64,000 nucleotides of DNA from Vitrella brassicaformis CCMP3155 (GCA_001179505.1 CDMY01000413.1:1-64000); one strand, 5' to 3'; numbered from the stretch's first letter, positions 40,701 through 54,974 are shown. Program-made: numbers and translations. The notes: generated from the letters alone by a model not told the origin.

Positions 40701-40918
40701 GCGTTGGGGATCGCAGGCTGGCCGTTGGACAAACAAAACGCTCAGAAGAAACGCTCGTCGGAGAATCTCTTTCCCTGACGTCCATAGCTCCATACTTTGT
40801 ACAGCCCTAGTTGCTAGTGAGAGACCCGACTGCACCGCAGCGCACCGCAGCGCAGCGCTGCGTGACTGTTAATTAAGGAGGAGGGGCCACCCAGAGAGCC
40901 GCCTCTTCTCTTCCCGGA

Positions 40919-41574
40919 ATGGCCGCACAGTCGGCACTGTCAGGCCTGGTGGCCTTCCTGTGCGCCTTTGTTGGCTGGGCGCAGGTTAGCATCCGCGGCC
41001 CTATCGACGACCCCAATCCCGTGCGCAAGCTGCAGACCAACACCTACCCGGCAGAAGGGCTCAAGGAGCAGTACGCCACCCTCAAGTATGCGCACGAGGC
41101 GCACGCCGACTGGCCGCGGAACCTGAACGTCCTGCCGGCCAAGGACATGGCCCTGGAGGCCGAGGTGAAGCGCATCGTGGACTCGATGACCCTGGAGGCC
41201 AAGATTGCACAGATGGTGCAGGTGGGCATTCCTGAGACGGACGTCGCCAGCATCACTGCCGAGCGGGGCTGGAGTGTGGGCAACCTGCTCAGCGGGCCAG
41301 GTGTGCAGTGTGGGCGGGGCGGGGAATATTGTGAGTCCAGTCAGTCAAAACGTGTGTCGTTCCATTTACTTATCGTCGCTCAGGTGCGCAGATTGGTACT
41401 CACCAGCCGTACGAGTGGCTGAACCAGGCGGAGGTGTTGCTCAACACATCGGCCTACCAGGCCGGCGTCAAAATCCCATACATCTGGGGCATGGGTACGC
41501 GCCGACATTCAGCGACACACACAAGGCGGGGCTGGCCCCCTCTGGATGGACACGTGTTGACCTGCGCTGTGCCC

Positions 41575-41605
<31 letters not shown>

Positions 41606-43820
41606 GTGGTCCCTTCCAGACGCCATCCACGGCCACAACAACCAGGTAGGTCTCCGGGGGGGAGGGGGCGAGCACAGCACTGTGTGATTCACACGTCACC
41701 ATGCCGTGTGTCATATTTGCTGATTGTTCCTCGTTCGTTTGCCAACAGCCCACGGGTGTCATTTTCCCCCACAACATCGGTCTGGGAGCCGCCAACGACA
41801 CCGAGCTCATGAAGAAGTAACCCCACTCACCCACCCACACAAGCCACACACAGAGCACCTTCACCTGTTCCCTCCCCCCTGTGCGTGCGTGTGTCCGTGT
41901 CGTGTGTGTCAGGATTGGTGAGATCACAGCGATTCAGTTGAACCTGGTGGGTGTGGACTGGGCGTTCGCCCCCTGTGTGGCCAACCCCCAGCTCCTGCGG
42001 TGGGGCCGCGTCTACGAGGGCTACGCCGCACACCCAGAGACCATCCGCAGGCTCAGCAAAGCCATGATCCTCGGCCTCCAGGGCGACCCCAGGGACAACT
42101 CCTACCTCAACGCCAGCCACGTGCTCGCATCCATCAAGCACTGGATCGGCGATGGTGCCACTGAGGAGGGCATCGACGCCGGCGACACCTTCCTGCCTGA
42201 GGACAAGCTCATCAAGGAACACGCCCTGCCCTACTTCGACGCCATCGAGAACGGCGTGGCCACTGTCATGGTGAGTGGAGTTGAGGAGACCCCTCTCCCG
42301 CCAAGACAGGCGCGACACCCCACCCCACCCCACTGAGTGTGTGTGACGACTGGCTGGCAGGTGAGTTTCTCGCGATACAACGGTACCAAGATGCATGGGC
42401 ATGAGTACCTGCTCAAGACGGTCCTCAAGGAGACGCTGGGCTTCGACGGCATCGTCATCAGCGACTTCGAGGGGCACCAGCACGTCGACGGATGTGACAG
42501 GTGGCACTGCGCACAGGCCGTCAATGCAGGTAGGTAGATATGCATCCAAGCGACGAGACAGACATTCCTGCTTGCAGCACCACCCACTGTCTGTCCATCT
42601 GTCCGTCTGTGTGTGTGTTTGTCTTGTCTGTCAGGGCTGGATGTGTTCATGGTCGCGTGGGGTGACGACTGGGATCACTTCTCGCGTAACACCGCCGAGC
42701 AGGTCCGCAACGGCACCATCCCCGAGGAGCGCATCAACGACGCCGCCACCCGCATCATCCGCACCAAGGCGCGGCTCGGACTTATCGACACCGTACACAG
42801 ACCCGCCGGCCCGCGACCCAGCCCATGGCAACGGGCAGACCACCTCGCACAGGAGGGTATGTATGTCTGTGTGGTCGGGCGGGCGGACGGGTGTGCAAGC
42901 ACACACCACGACCTTGGGGCTGTGTGTGTGTGTGTGTGTGTGCAGGCCACTACTTCGGTGCCCCCGAGCACCGGGCGATTGGCCGCGAGGCGGTGTCCAA
43001 GTCGCTGGTGATGCTCAAGAACAACGGCCTGGTGCTGCCCCTCGACTCGTCCATGCGGGTGGCCGTCGTGGGCCGCGGCGGAAACAGCATCGCTCTGCAG
43101 TGCGGTGGGTGGACCGTTGACTGGCTGGGCTCCAAGGAAAACCCCAATGAGATGTTCGGCGACGCCACGACCATCTATGGCGGCATCGCCGAGAAGGGCG
43201 TCCAGGTGGACTACTCGTTCAACGGCACCGAGGGGCTCAGTGGCGACTACGACGCAATCATCGTGGTCTGCGCCGAGAATCCCTATTCTGAGGTGGAGGG
43301 CGACATCCGCATCAACACGACCATCTCCTTTGCGCACATGGGCGAGGGCGACGGCTGGTACGACCTGAGCGTGCTTGAGGCCATGAGGCAGCAGCACCCC
43401 AACAGCAAGATCATCACGGTCTTCATCTCCGGCCGGCCGCTCTACACCAACCGACTGATCAACCTCAGCGACGCATTTGTCGTCGCATGGCTGCCCGGCA
43501 CCGAGGGCGGCGGCATCGCAGACGTCCTCTTCGGCGAGAAGAACATGACCGGCAAGCTGCCCTTCGACTGGCCGACCGACCCCTGCGACGCCAGCACCAA
43601 CAGCGGCAACTACGGCGGCATCTGGCACATCGGCGGAGGGCTGACGTACGGCTACGACCGGACCATGGAGACCTTGACGGAGCACCGGATCGACAGCTAC
43701 TTCCTCTGCGAGAAGTACAAGTCCAGCCTGATCCAGTACACCACCTCCCCGCCAGTAGAGGAGGAGCAGGAGGAGCAGGGCGGCTGGGATGGGCAGTGGA
43801 ACGACGGGCAGTGGAACTAA
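40919..43820 (+). CDS. Secreted glycoside hydrolase family 3 beta-glucosidase / exo-beta-glucanase
   Basis: Signal peptide; MTLEAKIAQMVQ; DAIHGHNN; IFPHNIGLGAA; WAFAPCVA..RWGRVYEGY; KHWIGDG; nucleophile in ISDF; SLVMLKN; acid/base motif AENPYSE; AWLPGTEGGGIADVLFG. Confidence 0.95.
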
Positions 43821-45578
43821 CTGAGCCAAGCCGGGTGTCGCCTGTCGTTTGTCGTGTGTCTCGTCTTTCGTGTGTCGTTTCGTTTGGTATCGTGTCGCTG
43901 TGGATGATGAGATGGCTGGGGTGGTTGTCTGGTGATGGATGTCTCAGTCGCTTCGGGTGTGTGGAGGGGGAGGGGGAGGGGGAGGGGAGAGAGAGGAGTG
44001 AGATGCGACGGACGGCAGCGAGAGAGGGGGAGAGTGGGGCGATCGAAGGCAGGCTCTGTCTCCTTTCGCGTCGGATTTTCGCTCTAGTATGTCCATCCAT
44101 CCATCCTTCCCAACACATACTCACCACACATTCACCACACACCACCATCCATCCATCCACTCATTCCAATCCACCGTCTGTCTGGCTGCCTACCTGACTT
44201 ATTTTGGATGTCTGTCTGCATGGAATTTCGCGCCGCCACGGAGGCCAGGGACGGAGGGGGGGCGGGGAAAGAGTGACGGCCACGCCCCCCTGCCTCTTCT
44301 CTGTGTCTCTGTCTCTGTCTCTGCCCCATCAATCTGCATCATCTGACGCCTACCTGCCCTGCATGGGTTTTGTTTATCGCTCTGGATGTGTGCTATGCCT
44401 GCTACGCTTTGGATAAATGTATTTAGGGGGGTCAGGGGGGAGGGAGGAGGGTGCGTAAGTGTATCCAGACGTAGACGTCTAGACGTGTGTGCGTGTGTGT
44501 GTGTTTCTCATGGGGAGGGGGGGTCTTGTTGCTCGCGTGTGTGGTGTGGTGTGGTGTGGTGCAGCAGGGCATAGTGTGTGAAGATATCGCATCGCACGCG
44601 TCCATCCTCCATCATTCATTCAATGAATGCATCGAATTGTGTGGTCGTTGAGAGAGCTCGAGGAGCGCAATGAGTGAAATGAATGGCGGTGTGGTGTCTA
44701 TCCTGGTGTGGATGGTGTGGATGGCAGGCATGTGAGGCGCATGAGGTGAGATGATTGATATGGGGCCTATACCTCCTACATTTATAAGTCTTGTGCGTGG
44801 AAGACTAAGACCAAGATCAATGACTGCAGTGCGGTGCACTCACTGCATTCACTCATTCACATGTATGTGTGTCTGTCAAATGTATTGATTGATGGGTTCA
44901 CGTCACGTCACGTCCAAGAGGCCTTGTCAACTTAACTTCGTCGCGTCCAACAAACGAAATGAAGAAACGAAATGAAAAGGCGTCACGCGAGCCACACTCG
45001 TCTAGTCATGTTTACTACGCAATAAACCGCGCGCAGTTTGATTGATAGGTGAAGACACCTGAGACATAGACGCCCCCTCGCGGCAAGGAATCGTGTGAAA
45101 GGTGAAGGTGGAAGAAGAGCGTGTTTGTTGACGACCGACCCACCTCCTACAGGTGACCGAGCGACGATCGGCTGGCTGGCCGGGCAGAAGATAGATAGAT
45201 AGCTACAAGTTGTGTGTATACGTCACTCTAACGGAAATGGACCCTCACAACGGGGGTCACTCTCTTCAACACACAGCCAATGGGTGCGGTGGATGGCTGT
45301 GTGTTGCCCGTCAGCAACCACACACGGAAAACCAGCGCACTAAAACGGCACTCACTCTCCCAGAGCACCCTCCTTCTCTCTCTCTGTGTGTGTGTGTGTG
45401 CTGGTTAGACGCATCCATCCATTCGTTGAGAGCGTATAACGCAGCCAGAGACAGCACCGCCCCCCTATCAACTCAACTCACTCACTGCACGAACAGACAA
45501 ACAAATAACTGATCCAGCAAAAATGAGGATAAACTCAGACTTGATCACATGGTATGCATGACAACAGGCAGGTGAGCA

Positions 45579-45610
<32 letters not shown>

Positions 45611-46207
45611 AGTGCCGCCTGTCTGCCTGCTTTCTTTCTTGCAGTGGCAGTGGGCAGCCAGGCGGCACACACAACGCAACACACACCACACACACAGCAA
45701 CACAAGGACGGTGGGGGCGCTGGGCTCAAATGGGGCAAAACCACACACACACACACACACTCACACACACACGAGAAGCTAAGGGACACAGGCAGACACG
45801 CAAGGCAAGCCAATGGCTCGCCCACCCTCACACCGATCCACTCAACCAGCCAACCTTCCAGTCAATCCAACGAAATGAGCGCACATACAGGCTGACTTGA
45901 AAAGCGGCCACAGGCAGGCAGGCAGGCAGGCTGGCTGCCCGCAGGCAGTGAGTGAGAGCGTGAGGTGAGGTGACGCTGGCTCGCTCCATCATGTTGCCAT
46001 CGTCACCTGCCCGCCCAGACGCGCACACACGTACGTACTTACCTTCACTTCAACATAGGCACCCACACCCACACCCAGAGAGGGAGGGAGGGATGGAGGG
46101 AGACATGCCTATATCCACATTATGTACTCACAACATCACGCACAGCAAAGCACAAACCCGTCGTGTCGTAACCAAGAGGCACTCACGTGCGCTGCGCGAA
46201 GAAGAGA

Positions 46208-48663
46208 CTAGAACACAAAGATAGCCCACCCCAACATGGCCGTCACCATCACCATCCCACCCCCCACCCCCACTCTCAGCCCGCCACACCGCCCAACGGC
46301 CCCCGATGGTGTGAGGTCTTCCTCCACCGACGGCCCCTCTGCCCTTGCACTCAACGCCTGCAGCCTCTCACGGTGCCTCAGCGTCTCCCTCCTCTCGCCC
46401 AGCTGCACCCCCGCATACCGCCCCAGCATCATGACGGTCGCCATGGGGTTGACGCGCGTCACGGCGGGGATGACCGATGCGTCCACCACGTGCAGGTTGC
46501 TCGTTCCAGTAAGGAGAAAGTCGTCTCCCTCGATGAGCGTGCCCATCGCGACTGTCCCGCAGTAGTGCCATATAGAGAGGTAGAGATGCTCGCCAACCGC
46601 CGTGAAAACCTCCTCGAGGGCCTCGGGCGACTCGCCTGCCTCCATGAGTGTGGCGTTGATGCCTGGCGGAAAGAGCTGCAGCTCCGCGCCGGGCTTGGCG
46701 TACTTGGATGGCGGGAAGATGAGTCCGAGGGATGTCTTGACCATGCCCTTCCTGAAGAGGTCGGCGTCGAAGCACGAGTCCTCGCCGTTCTGCGTGATGG
46801 CCTTCATCGGGTCAGACGACAGCAGACGGAGACTCTCTGAACAGAAACACACAGAGACAACGGGATGGCCCACAATGAGTGCACTCGTGGGACAGCAACC
46901 CACCCCACCTTTGATGGCGAGGCCGGCCGCCTGCCGGTCCCTCGGGGCGTCGAAGTACTTGGGGTCGATGAGTGTGGTCCCGTTTTCACGGAGGGTCACC
47001 CGCCCTCGTGAGAGCGGCTCCGTCACCCACGTCAGCAGCGACACCCCCTGGATGGCACACGTGCTCACGTTGGCCTCCTGCTCGTTGCACTGCTCCGGCA
47101 CCGTCACGTTGGTGTCCACTTGCGACGAGTTGAGGGCGATCTCGATGCCGAGCGCACAGTCCCAGAAGCCCTGCAATAACCGGGCCAGCAGGGGGCTGAT
47201 GCGGCCCTTCTCCGCGGCCTTGTGCGCGTTGAGTATCATGCCTGTCGTCATGCCGTAGCCCTGAGAGAGCTCATCCTGCAATCAAGGAGGGAAGAATGGA
47301 AGCTGCTTGGTGTGGTTCTGCGTGTGTGTGTGTGCGCGCGTGTCTGTGGTGGGTTACGATGAGTGTGAAGTGACACTGGTCATTCGCCGAGGGGTTCTCG
47401 GCGTCGCAGCCTGGTCCGGCGTATCGTGTGGCCATCAGCGACTGGATCGTCACGGGGCCGGGCTCCTTGAGCGCCACGCCAATGGGAATCTGCAAAGCAT
47501 AACCCACAAACAAAGACAGCTTCACCAAACAGCCATATCTCCCCATCTCCCGCCTCCATGTGTCGCCATGATACCTGAGGATGGTCGTGCAGATTAGACC
47601 CAACGCTCTCCAAATCCAGCAGAACCTCGATGCCCGCCGCTTCAAGCACGTCGCGCGGACCCAGACCACTTCGCATGAGGATCGCCGGCGTATGGATCGC
47701 ACCAGACGCCAAAACGACTCGCCCGCCGTCCCTAACGCAAACCCGCCTCCTCACACGCTCGGCGCCCTCAGTGGCATTCAGCTTGTCGTAGACGACGCAA
47801 GTCGCCCTCAGCTGGCCCCCTGTCTCGACAGCCTCAAGATCGAACTCAATGTGCTGCACCTCAGAGAGCACCTGCAGCGTCACCGCCGATCCGTTCAGCA
47901 GCTCATCGGCGGCGTGGCGTCGGTCTGTCTCGGTGTCGAAGATGGAGTAGGTGCGCCACGACATGGGAGTGTCGGCCACACGGGCAGTGCCCTCGTCGCC
48001 CACCCAGGGGTACCCGGCCTGCTCGAGCGACGACCGGAGAGCCCTGCCCCATTGGCCCCCCTGCGGCGAAGGGCGGACGATGCCCGAGTCCCTCAGCCAG
48101 TGGTAGCTGTCGTTGATGAGGGTACGGTTGAGGGTGACCTTGTGTGCCTCCTCAAGATGGTCGAAGTAAGACATGTCCTCCTCAATGTACACCCCCGCGT
48201 TGATGGCCGTGCCGCCGCCGGTCACTCGACCGATGTGGCCGATGACGCCCTGGGGGGTCTCGAACTGCTCGGATATGGTGGGGCTGAGCATGGCTGTCTG
48301 GCCGCCCGTCTTGGTGACGGCATCCTCGAACTGCTGCCGGTCGTCGCCCCGCTCCAGCAGCAGCACAGCCTGGCTATATTCAGATAGGGTGCGGGCCAGG
48401 GGGCAGCCGCCCGCACCGGCACCGATGACGATCGTGTCGTAAAGAGCCTCGTCCGTCTCAACGGCAGCGTCTGAAGGAAACACACACACAAGGGTGCAAC
48501 AGTCACGCATTCCTGTCCGTTTGAGAGTTGAATGCTGACCACCGATGGCGGCGTCAAGGGCAGTGCGGTTGGCCTCGACTGGTTCCACCTGCCCATGACA
48601 GGGCGTGGGAGAGAGGATTAAACTCCCAAGAGTCAGGAGAGGGACCAGAGCAGCCACGCGCAT
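46208..48663 (-). CDS. Secreted GMC oxidoreductase, HOTHEAD/mandelonitrile-lyase-like
   Basis: Signal peptide MRVAALVPLLTLGSLIL; YDTIVIGAGAGGCPLARTLS..VLLLERG; GRVTGGGTAINAG; LASGAIHTPAILMRSG; DHP; SIWHYCG; VVDAS; VNPMATVMMLGRYAG. Confidence 0.92.
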
Positions 48664-49006
48664 CGACCACACGCATGCACTGAGCCGGCCGGCGAAGGAT
48701 CTGCCCCCCAAAAGAGCAGCGGAATGACCCAGATGGAGTGAAGGCCCGACGGATGGGATGGCTGCACGAGGGATGGTCAGCCGCCAAATTGCACGAGAAT
48801 GGGTGTAGTCGTTGAGGTCAACGCTGAGAGATGTAAGGAGAGATAACCGTTCAGGGCTGCTCCTGGTACGTCAGGCAGCACCAGGGGGCACAGGTAGCAA
48901 AGGCGCAGAGATCAGATTTCTTAAGCTCGCGAGATGGACATTCCGTGGAACCGTTCTCTTTGTGCGTCCGAAAAAACACACAGAACAGAAAGAGGCGAAT
49001 AGCACC

Positions 49007-49282
49007 ATGCTGTACAATCCCCAATCGGCTCTCTATCGGCAATTCCTCTCCTCCGCCCGGTGAGAGGCCGACAGACTGCGTGCACTGGAATGAGATGAGC
49101 CGAGATGAGCCGATGTGATTTGGCTTGTGGTGGTGTGTTGTGTCATGCAGCAAAGCGGACAAGAAGGCCGGGGAGCAGCAGAAGTCCAAGGCCGCTTCAG
49201 ATCGTTCCTCAGCTCATCCAGGTATGCGGCTTGGTTGTGACACAGACACAGATCAGCACAGCAAGGCCTGCGTCTGTGCCAG

Positions 49283-49319
<37 letters not shown>

Positions 49320-49339
49320 CAGGCTCCACTGGAGTATGA
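49007..49339 (+). CDS. Candidate three-exon 46-aa microprotein
   Basis: accATG at 49007; exons 49007-49059, 49151-49221 and 49323-49339 with canonical GT-AG junctions in consistent phase. No recognisable motif. Confidence 0.3.
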
Positions 49340-51051
49340 CGACTAACAGGGATTGGGTGGGAGAGGTGGACATGGGAATGGCGGCGAGACGAGTCTAACT
49401 TCTTCGAGAACTGAGACACGGCTGGGCCTGTGATGCCTGTAGATACCTTTCTGTTGGATGACGTTGGCTCGGCTGGAGCCTGCGATCACCTACTGCGACG
49501 CCCTGAGTGCCCGACTGTACCGTCAGCCACTGAAGACGTTGCAGATGCGTGCAGCAGGCAACAGCGGAGTCAGTCCAGGGACGGGAGGGAGGGGGAGAGT
49601 GCGCTTGACTGGCGGCACTGTTGAGTGGTCGAGTGAGTGAGTGTCTTATGGCATGTCTGTCGGTCTGTCTGTCTGTCTGTCATGTGCCCACGCTTCACGT
49701 GAACACACAGCCATGCCACGCCATGCAGTCAGTCAGTCTGAGACAGACACCCGGACGGTCAGACAACGGATGAGGGGTGGGTGGAGGGATACCTAGGCGT
49801 ACTCACTTCGTCGTGTCGGACGGTGCGCATCGATCCAATCAACCAGCTGTCACTTATGGCCTCTCTCTTGCAACACACAAATGCCGACATACACACACTC
49901 GCCCAGCCACCCTCAGGCTCACTCACTTCACTGCACAGAGTCTGCCGATCGCCTGCCTCCTGGCGGGGATCACCACACACCTCACTCGTGCCGCCTGCCT
50001 GCCTGTCTGCCTTAAACACCTCCACACACACACAGCCCGCGTTGAAAAATCGTAAAACCCTCGCATCTCATCATCTCTCTCGCCAATCCATCCATCCTGC
50101 ATACGTGCCTGGCTGCATGCCTGTAGCGTAGCGTGCCCCGCCCTGCCCTGCCCACCCACACAAACTCCATCCACTTAAAACGGCGTGCACACTGCAGCCA
50201 CTGCACCCACACGGCAATCTATCTATCTCAGCGCTCTCACAGTGTGTCATCCAGTCGCCCTGGCTGGCTCCGCGTCAGTGCCCGTCCGTCTATCTACGGG
50301 CAACGAACAGACCACACCGACACGGCGGATCGAGCTGCCCAGAGCAGAGCGTGTGTGCGGCCGAACTAACGACTAGGGGGTGAGACATCCATCGATGGAA
50401 CAACCCAACCCATCGGTGCACATCACATCTGATGGCATGGCGACGTGGCCGTGGGCGGCTGGGTGGGTGTGGGTGGGTGTGGCCGTCGCCGTATCTATCG
50501 TGCGTATGCCCTAAAACTGCTCTTCTTTGTTCGAGTGAGAGGCCAAAAACCGCCCCCCGCTCACATCACCGAGTCGAAAAAGACGAAGGAAGGAGCCACA
50601 CCACACCACCACCGAACAATCATCCAAAAAATGAAAATGATATCAGCATGCGGGAGGGAGGGAGGCCACCAACCCACAAACCCACCAGCCAGCCAGCTGG
50701 TGCGTGTGTGTCATGAGAGAGAGTGGATGCAAGCCGCCCGCCCACCCCTCGCACCAGAAAAAACTGTGGGGGCGGGAGTGGCGTGCGAGCTAACTGTCGT
50801 GTGTGTGTGTGTGTGTGTGTGCAAGTGAAGGCCTACCTCTGGCGCAATGACATAGACAGACAGACAGACAGACACCAGAGCCACACAAGGATGAGCAGCA
50901 AGCAGGAAGCCCCAGAAGAGAGAGCTTCCCGTGTGTCCCCCCTGGCCAGCTGGTCGTCTACACGAGCTACGTGCACAAACTAACCCCGCCTCTGATATCC
51001 GGCGGGGCGGGCACACCATCCGTCCATCGGTCCATCGGTCCATCCATCTAT

Positions 51052-52285
51052 CTAAGGTCCGTTTGGCGGCATCATATAGAGGGGGTGGTGCTGCATGAGG
51101 AATGGGGGCACCTGCGGCATGTTGCGGTGCTGCCGCTTGGTCGATATGTGCGTCCGCAGCTTGGTGAGCAGCGCCGAACGGGTGCCGTCCTGGCGCTTCT
51201 CACGGTCCTGAATCGCCTGCGCCACCGCACGACGAGTCAGCTGGGTCAGCAAGGCGTCCAACTCCTGGCAGATTGCAAGGACAAACACACACAGACAGAC
51301 AGACAGACATGGATTGAACAATGGTCATGCGGGCGCACAACACCCAAAGAGAGAGACATCTGCGCTCGAACCTTGACTTTGGGATGCTGGTCGCCCTCGA
51401 GTGCCGCCAGGATAGACCGCTGCTGCCGTGTGTGGTGCAGCGACTCACGGAACTCGCACAGCATCATGTTCAGACCTGCCAGGTGGTCATGCACCTACAC
51501 CAGAGACAGCGCCAACGAATGCAATGCAACCATGACGACTGACGTCTGGTCTCCCCTGCGCTTGGTGTGTGTGTGTGTGCGGCTGACCTGAACGAGGTAC
51601 ATGGGTCCCGGGTTGGCCTTGGCGATGCGCTTGAAGGAGTGGCCGGCGCGTTGCGTCAGGATCAGGGCCGCACGCTGCCACCCCGCCGACGGCTGCGCCT
51701 GGTGCAGCTGAAGGGCACAACGGCTGCAATGCATTGCAATGCAGCACAGCCACACACACACGCAGGCAGACACAGACAGACAGGAAGAGAGTGGGCGGGC
51801 CGAGTGTGGAGCGCTGTGGGGTCTGTGTGAGTGGGTGCGTACGCGGCGTGTACGAGCGCCATGGGGAGGTCGGGATGGTCCAGCCCGCACCATAATCTGT
51901 ACAGCTCAGCAGCCCTGCAGTGCAACCCAACCACAACAAACATCCCACCCATCCACTCACTGCCTATCGACTCGCCAGCCAGACGTCCCTGCCCTGCCCT
52001 GCCTGTGGAGGTATCTGATGGCGTCGAAAGGGTGGCCCATGAAGAGGAGTGCGATGCCCATCTGGCAGTGCAGCTCGGCGTTCTCGAAGGCGTCCACCCC
52101 CCCAAGCTGCTCCTGGTGAGCCAGAGCACGGCTGAAGTTCTGGTACGCACTCGGCATCTCGCCCAGTGACATCTGCAGACCCCCCAACCGATGGTAGCAG
52201 TCTGCCATCTCCCTGAAGCAAGCAAACCGACACACACACACACGACACATGACACACACATGAACAGAAGCTGACCTGGAGGCGC

Positions 52286-52320
<35 letters not shown>

Positions 52321-54769
52321 TACCATGCGGGCGCGCCGTTGAGGAGGTTGTTGTAGGTGGCGGCGGCCTGTTCGAGGGCCTGCATAGCGATGTCGATCAT
52401 CTCGTTGTTGAGACACCGCTGCGCCGTGGCCATCCACACCTGCACCCCGACGCTCTGCGGCCCCTCACTCTTGACCACAGGGAACAAACCCGCCACGTCG
52501 TCACTCGTCAGCCGACCGCACACACGCACTTCTCGCGACCTGCCGCTGCTGGGGGGGCCCTTCTCCGATGGGCTGGCCGGGGGCTGACGGCCGATGCCAT
52601 TCGCCAGCGGGGAGTCGCCGGCAGACTGAGACTGCACGTCGGCATCAGCAGCTGCTTGTGCCGCCTCGGTGGGGGCGTTGGATGGCGAGTCGGGGTGAGG
52701 GTGAGGGGTGGCGCCGGCCTCCTCCTCTTGCTGCTGGTCTCCACTGCCGCTGCCCTCCCCCTCAGGCACCTCCGACACGTTCGGGTGCTCGGGGATCTCC
52801 GGCGCGCTGTCGCTCTGTGCGTCGCAGGACGGTTCCCAGGGCTCGATCAGGGGGCTCAGCACCTTGCCCAGCGAAGAGGGCGCCACCAGCTGGATGCCCA
52901 CCTTCTCACACACACCCCGCAGCACCCCGAATCGCCCCGCAGCCGACCGCAGCACACCGCACTGGGCCCTGGCTTGAGGGAGGGGGTGGCGGAAGTGCTC
53001 CTCGCTCCTCTCCCGGATGAGCCCCCACATGCTGTCCACCGTCACTTGCTGCAGGGCGTCGGGGAGGCCCGGCTCCAGCTCAGGCGACTCGTTGAGTGAG
53101 GTGGATGTCGGTGAGGACGTCAGGTCGGCGGCGTCGCCCGTCTCGTCGTTTGGCCAGGCCATGAGGCAGTTGAGCAGGTGGGCCACCGACACGGCCAGCC
53201 GTCCGGGGGGCACCTCCTTGAGCAGCCCGTTAATGACGTACGCTGCCGTCCGCATCACGATCTCCCGCTCCAGCGCGGCCAGCAGAACGGGCGAGACGAA
53301 CTCGGCCTGCGAGCACTTGGCCAGGACGGTGCCGAGGTACCGCAGGTTGACGCCGTGACGGTGGAAGCAACGCTTGACGGCTCGGGTGGAGACGGGGGTC
53401 TGGGCGGGCATGAGGAGGGTCTTGACGAGCTGCGGGATGGCGACCTCCGTCAGACGCCGGGCGAGGGAGTGGATGCGGCGGTGCTGCCTGGACAGCTGGT
53501 CCTTGGCCTCGCTCTCGTCGGCCTCCACCCAGTGAGTGAAGGCGTTGATATTCAGCTGCATGGTGGCATGCAGTCAGTCACCCCACACACACGCCCATTC
53601 ATTCACTGTGGCTGCATCCATCCATCGGTGTGTGGATGTGCTCACCAGTGGAGGTGGGAAGAGGGGATTGTCGTCCGCCTGTGGCAGCTGCGACAGGTTG
53701 TGCTTGGCCAGCTCCTCAGACAACTTCGCCATCCACGCCGGCTGCTGCTGCTGCTGCGCCTGCACCCCGTCGCCACCTCCACCACCAGCACCAGCACCAG
53801 CACCAGTACCACCAGCACCAGGACCGCCCGCCCCGTCGTTGATTGCCTCAGTCTGGTCTGTCGTCTGCTCCCTGGCCTTGAGCTGCATGGCCTGCGCCTC
53901 ACGGATGATGGCCTGCAGCCGTTCCGCAGCCAGCCGCTGCATCGACGCCGCGTACTCGTGGTGCGCGTCCCACCGGAACACATTCACACCCTCGCGAGCC
54001 GTCTGCAGCAAAGATTTGGGCTGGGTGGGGTTTTTGGCTGTGCCGTCGGGGTGGTTGCCGGGGGCTGCAGCAGACGCCTCCGCCCCGTCTGCTGTGGCGT
54101 CGGGTTTGTCGGCGGTGTGCTTCTCCTTGGCGATCCAATCGCGGATCTGCTTCTGGATGAGCAGCTCTGGCCTCAAGATGGACATGCCGCCCGCACCGGC
54201 GGGGTGGTCGGACGAAGGCGCACCGTCAGAACGGGAACCTGCCTTCCTGGAGGCGGCCGGCGTGGGGGTGGTCTCCTTGGGTGGCTGCTGGTGTAATTGG
54301 CAGCAGGAGGGCTCATCGGGGTCGGCGTCAGACATGTCAGAGGGGATGTCCTCCTCCTCCTCCCCATCTGCTGATGCTGATGCTGCTGCTGCTGCTGCTG
54401 TGGTGCCGTCCGTCTTGTCTCCCTGCGCCGCCCGCCTCTCGCGTGATGCCTTGAGCCGGTCGGCCTTCTCGCGCAGGTACTGCACCACAAACTCAGGACG
54501 CAATACACAGCTGCGGTCCTCGGGCCTGGCAAAGAGACAAACAGAAGATCGGTCTTTGGTACATCCATTGGGGGCTGGGCTATCTGTGGCCAGAATGTAA
54601 CAACCAGTTGAGATCCCTTGGCGTGAGTCTTGAGAGGTCGCAGATGTACAGCCGTCCGTCAGCTCCCTTGATGCACTTGCTCTCTGCGGGCAGGTGCAGT
54701 CTGACGGTCTTGCTGGCGTCCTCCTTCAGATGGTGCGGCGCCAAACCAAAGTACCGACCCACCTATAGA

Positions 54770-54800
<31 letters not shown>

Positions 54801-54943
54801 TTGACAGGGGTCATCGTTCAGAGTTCCCCTCCTGGTCGATCGTCTCACCTTGTCGTAGAGGAGCTGCGCGACCTCCTGGTGGTATGAGTACCCCTCCCAC
54901 GGCTCGTTGGCACCCATCAAGGGCCTGCAGGAATATATATGCC

Positions 54944-54974
<31 letters not shown>

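Noticed and set aside
43821-46207. Long intergenic region with (CACGT)3 and AT-rich patches near 44900-45050
   Set aside because: No recognisable ORF or RNA gene motif; cannot be supported beyond a possible regulatory role.
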